Source: Mobula hypostoma
Taxonomy: Eukaryota
Assembly (NCBI RefSeq): GCF_963921235.1
Contig: NC_086097.1
Coordinates: 123,196,001-123,260,000 of the forward strand
Direction: 5' to 3'
DNA: 64,000 bases
The notes below the pieces were generated by a model. That model was not told the DNA's origin. It saw only the letters and a list, made by a program, of their open reading frames with translations, and did no database searches. A program made the position numbers and the translations under genes. Positions 61,306-64,000 of this stretch are shown in pieces (the first letter of the stretch is position 1; the number at the start of each line of letters is the position of its first letter).

Positions 61306-61884
61306 TCAGACCGTGGTACGAGCATGGAATAAGGTGCCATGGATAGGTACATGGATGTGAGGGGTGCGGAGGGTCTTTGGTTCAGGTGGAATTATATGGG
61401 ATAAGATGGAGTAACAGTTTGGCACGGACTACATGAGCCAAACGACTAACTTACAGTGTGTGTTGCAGTGCTCAATGACTCTACTCTAATGGTAGAAAAC
61501 CCATCCTTAACCACTAACCTAGTGAGCTTGGTTAACTTTGCCATGGTGAGGGAATTTGATGTCTGGTGGAAGCCTGCAACTATGGTAATGACCAGTACCT
61601 GAAACCCATAGCTGTCCTTGATTCCTTTCAGCTGCTGGGGTTCCTCAGCTCTGTAAACTTGCAGACCAGACTGAGGTTAGAGATGCTAGCCTCACTAAAA
61701 TAGTTCAAAGGTACTCGCACATCCTGGGCACCAAACAGAATTTTTACATTGACTTTACAGTCTAGAAATAAGTCCTTTGGCCCAACAAGATAACCTCTGT
61801 ATTTATACCTTACACAGGGCTTCTTTTGTCCTTCTTCGTGTAATTTATTGAAATACATTTCTACTTTTGTCCTTCTAAAGAGAT

Positions 61885-62230
61885 CAACTTTATTTCTCAT
61901 ATGTACATCAAAAACATACAGTGAAATGCATCAGATCAAATCGACAAGGATTGTGCGGGGGGGGGCAGCCTGCAAGTGTCACCCTGCTTCTGAAGCCAAC
62001 ATAACATGCCCACAACTCACCAGTCCGAACCCTACATCTTTTGGAAAGTGGGAGGCAACCGGAGCACCTAGAGGAAACCACCCAGTCACGGAGAGAACAT
62101 GCAAATTCTTTACAGACTGCGGCGGGAAACGAACCCTGGTCAGTGTTCGCTGGCACTGTACTAGCCTCACTAAAATAGTTCAAAGGTACTCGCACATCCT
62201 GGGCACCAAACACTAACCACTAACCGTGCA
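61885..62230 (-). mobile_element. V-domain SINE with a 52-bp insertion in its head
   Basis: Reverse V core at about 62040-62085; head interrupted at 62161-62212. Confidence 0.8.
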
Positions 62231-62589
62231 GTCCTAGGGAGTTGATTTTGCTTTTCCTTTAGAAGGTCTTTTAGCTAATTATATCAGAAGTAAAATCTCG
62301 TGCTAAAAAGTGAATTTCATCCAATCTATACTTTTAACTGTGGAAGGGTCCCAGCCCAAAGTGTTGATGATTTATTCCTTTCCAGAGATGCTGCCTGACC
62401 TGCTGAGTTCCTCCAGCATTTTATATGTGTTGCTCTGGATTTCCAGCATCCACAGGATATCATGTGTTTCTTATTTTTAACTATTCGATTCATTGGATCC
62501 CTGGAGACTTCAGGGCCGTAATGTCATCAATCTCATTCCTCGTTTTCTTATTCCTCTGTATTCCTGCAATTAATCTCTCTCACACTCTG

Positions 62590-63230
62590 TGGTTAAGAAG
62601 GCATATGGTGCATTGGCCTTCATCAACCATGAGACTGAGTTTAAGAGCTGAGAGGTAATGTTGCAGCTATAATAAGACTCTGGTCAGACCCCACTTGGAG
62701 TACTGTGCTCAGTTCTGGTCACCTCACTACAGGAAGGATGTGGAAACCATAGAAAGGGTGCAGAGGAGATTTACAAGGATGTTGCCTGGATTGGGGAGCA
62801 TGCCTTATGAGAATAGGTTGAGTGAACTTGGCCTTTTCTCCTTGGAGCAACGGAGGATGTGAGGTGACCTGATAGAGGTGTATAAGATGATGAGAGGCAT
62901 TGATCATGTGGATAGTTAGAGGCTTTTTCCCAGGGCTGAAATGGCTAACATGACAGGGCACAGTTTTAAGGTGCTTGGAAGTAGGTACAAAGGAGATGTC
63001 AGGGGTAAGCTTTTTACGCAGAGAATGGTGAGTGCATAGAATGGGCTGCCAGTAACGGTGGTGGAAGCGGATATGATAGAGCCTTTTAAGAGGCTCCTGG
63101 ATAGGTACATGGAGCTTAGAAAAATAGAGGGCTATGGGTAACCATAGGTAATTTCTAAATTAAGTACATGTTCGGCACAGCATTGTGGACCGAAGGGCCT
63201 GTATTGTGCTGTAGGTTTTCTATGTTTCTA
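62590..63230 (+). mobile_element. CR1 3' fragment
   Basis: [35 protein letters not shown]; same subfamily as 16070-16457; ttttctatgtttcta tail. Confidence 0.9.
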
Positions 63231-63289
63231 AATGCCCATCAGCTGCCATTCAGCATGGAAACACCAATACCCAGGAACAGAAAAGTCTG

Positions 63290-63805
63290 TAACCAGCGTT
63301 GAATACAGCCTAGTTCATCACAGGAAAAGTCCTCCCAACCAGTGAGCACATCTACAAGGAGCACAGCCACAAGAGAGCAGTACCCATCGGCACGAACACC
63401 TCTCATCCAGGCCATGCTCTCTTCTCGCTACTACCGTTGGGGCAATGGGTACTAGTCCTTTGGTCCCACATCGCCAAGTTCAGGAACAGTTATTACTCTT
63501 CAACTATCTGGCTCCTGAACCAGTGTGGATAACTTCACTCACCTCAGCTCTGCACTGATTCCACAACCTATGGACTCCCTTTCAAAGACTCTACAACTTC
63601 TGTCAGATTATTTATTTACTTTATTTTTACTATTTGCTCAATTTGTCTTTTGCATTTTAGTTGTTTGTCAGTCATTGTTATTTATGGTTCTTCATAAATA
63701 TTATTGTATTTCATTATTGTCCAGTAAATGCCTGTAAGAAAATTGATCTTGGTATATGGTGACATGTACTTTGATAATAAATTTACTGTGAACTTTGAAC
63801 TTTGT
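63290..63805 (+). mobile_element. Rex1-like LINE 3' end
   Basis: HPGHALFSLLP..FRNSYYSSTIWLLN; aataaa followed by (GAACTTT)n tail. Confidence 0.8.
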
Positions 63806-64000
63806 ATCTTTTGGCCACTTTCCTATGCCGATGAGTAACTTACAGTCTCCAGTTATCCTCCAAGCACACCTGTGGGATGTGAGGGAACTTGGAGTACACA
63901 GTGGAAATCCGGGTCACTACAATATGCAAGCTTGACGGGGAAAGCAGCAGGAATTAGGATCAAACCAGACTCCCTGCAGCCCAGAGCCCCCAGAATGACT

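Overview
Repeat-dense vertebrate genomic DNA, not prokaryotic. The repeat content (V-domain tRNA SINEs, esterase-type CR1 LINEs, Rex1-like LINEs, Penelope-derived elements, Tc1 derivatives) suggests a cartilaginous fish (inference). The only host coding sequence I can support is one 210-nt minus-strand exon of a CCDC102-family coiled-coil gene (59546-59755, canonical AG/GT sites, phase 0/0). No further exon was recognised, so the rest of the window is probably intronic. Almost all listed ORFs are transposon fragments or chance/antisense frames. Highlights: (1) three young Penelope-like insertions with target-site duplications and fold-back structure, carrying minimal hammerhead-ribozyme motifs; (2) a near full-length CR1 with a tandemly duplicated, motif-rich 5' unit; (3) a HERO-type restriction-like endonuclease fragment; (4) a Tigger4/Zombi-like pogo element; (5) a 95-bp L1 YADD fragment captured inside a Tc1 transposase; (6) several nested or templated insertions. 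Family assignments come from recalled motifs, not database searches. Repeat boundaries are approximate unless a TSD is quoted.
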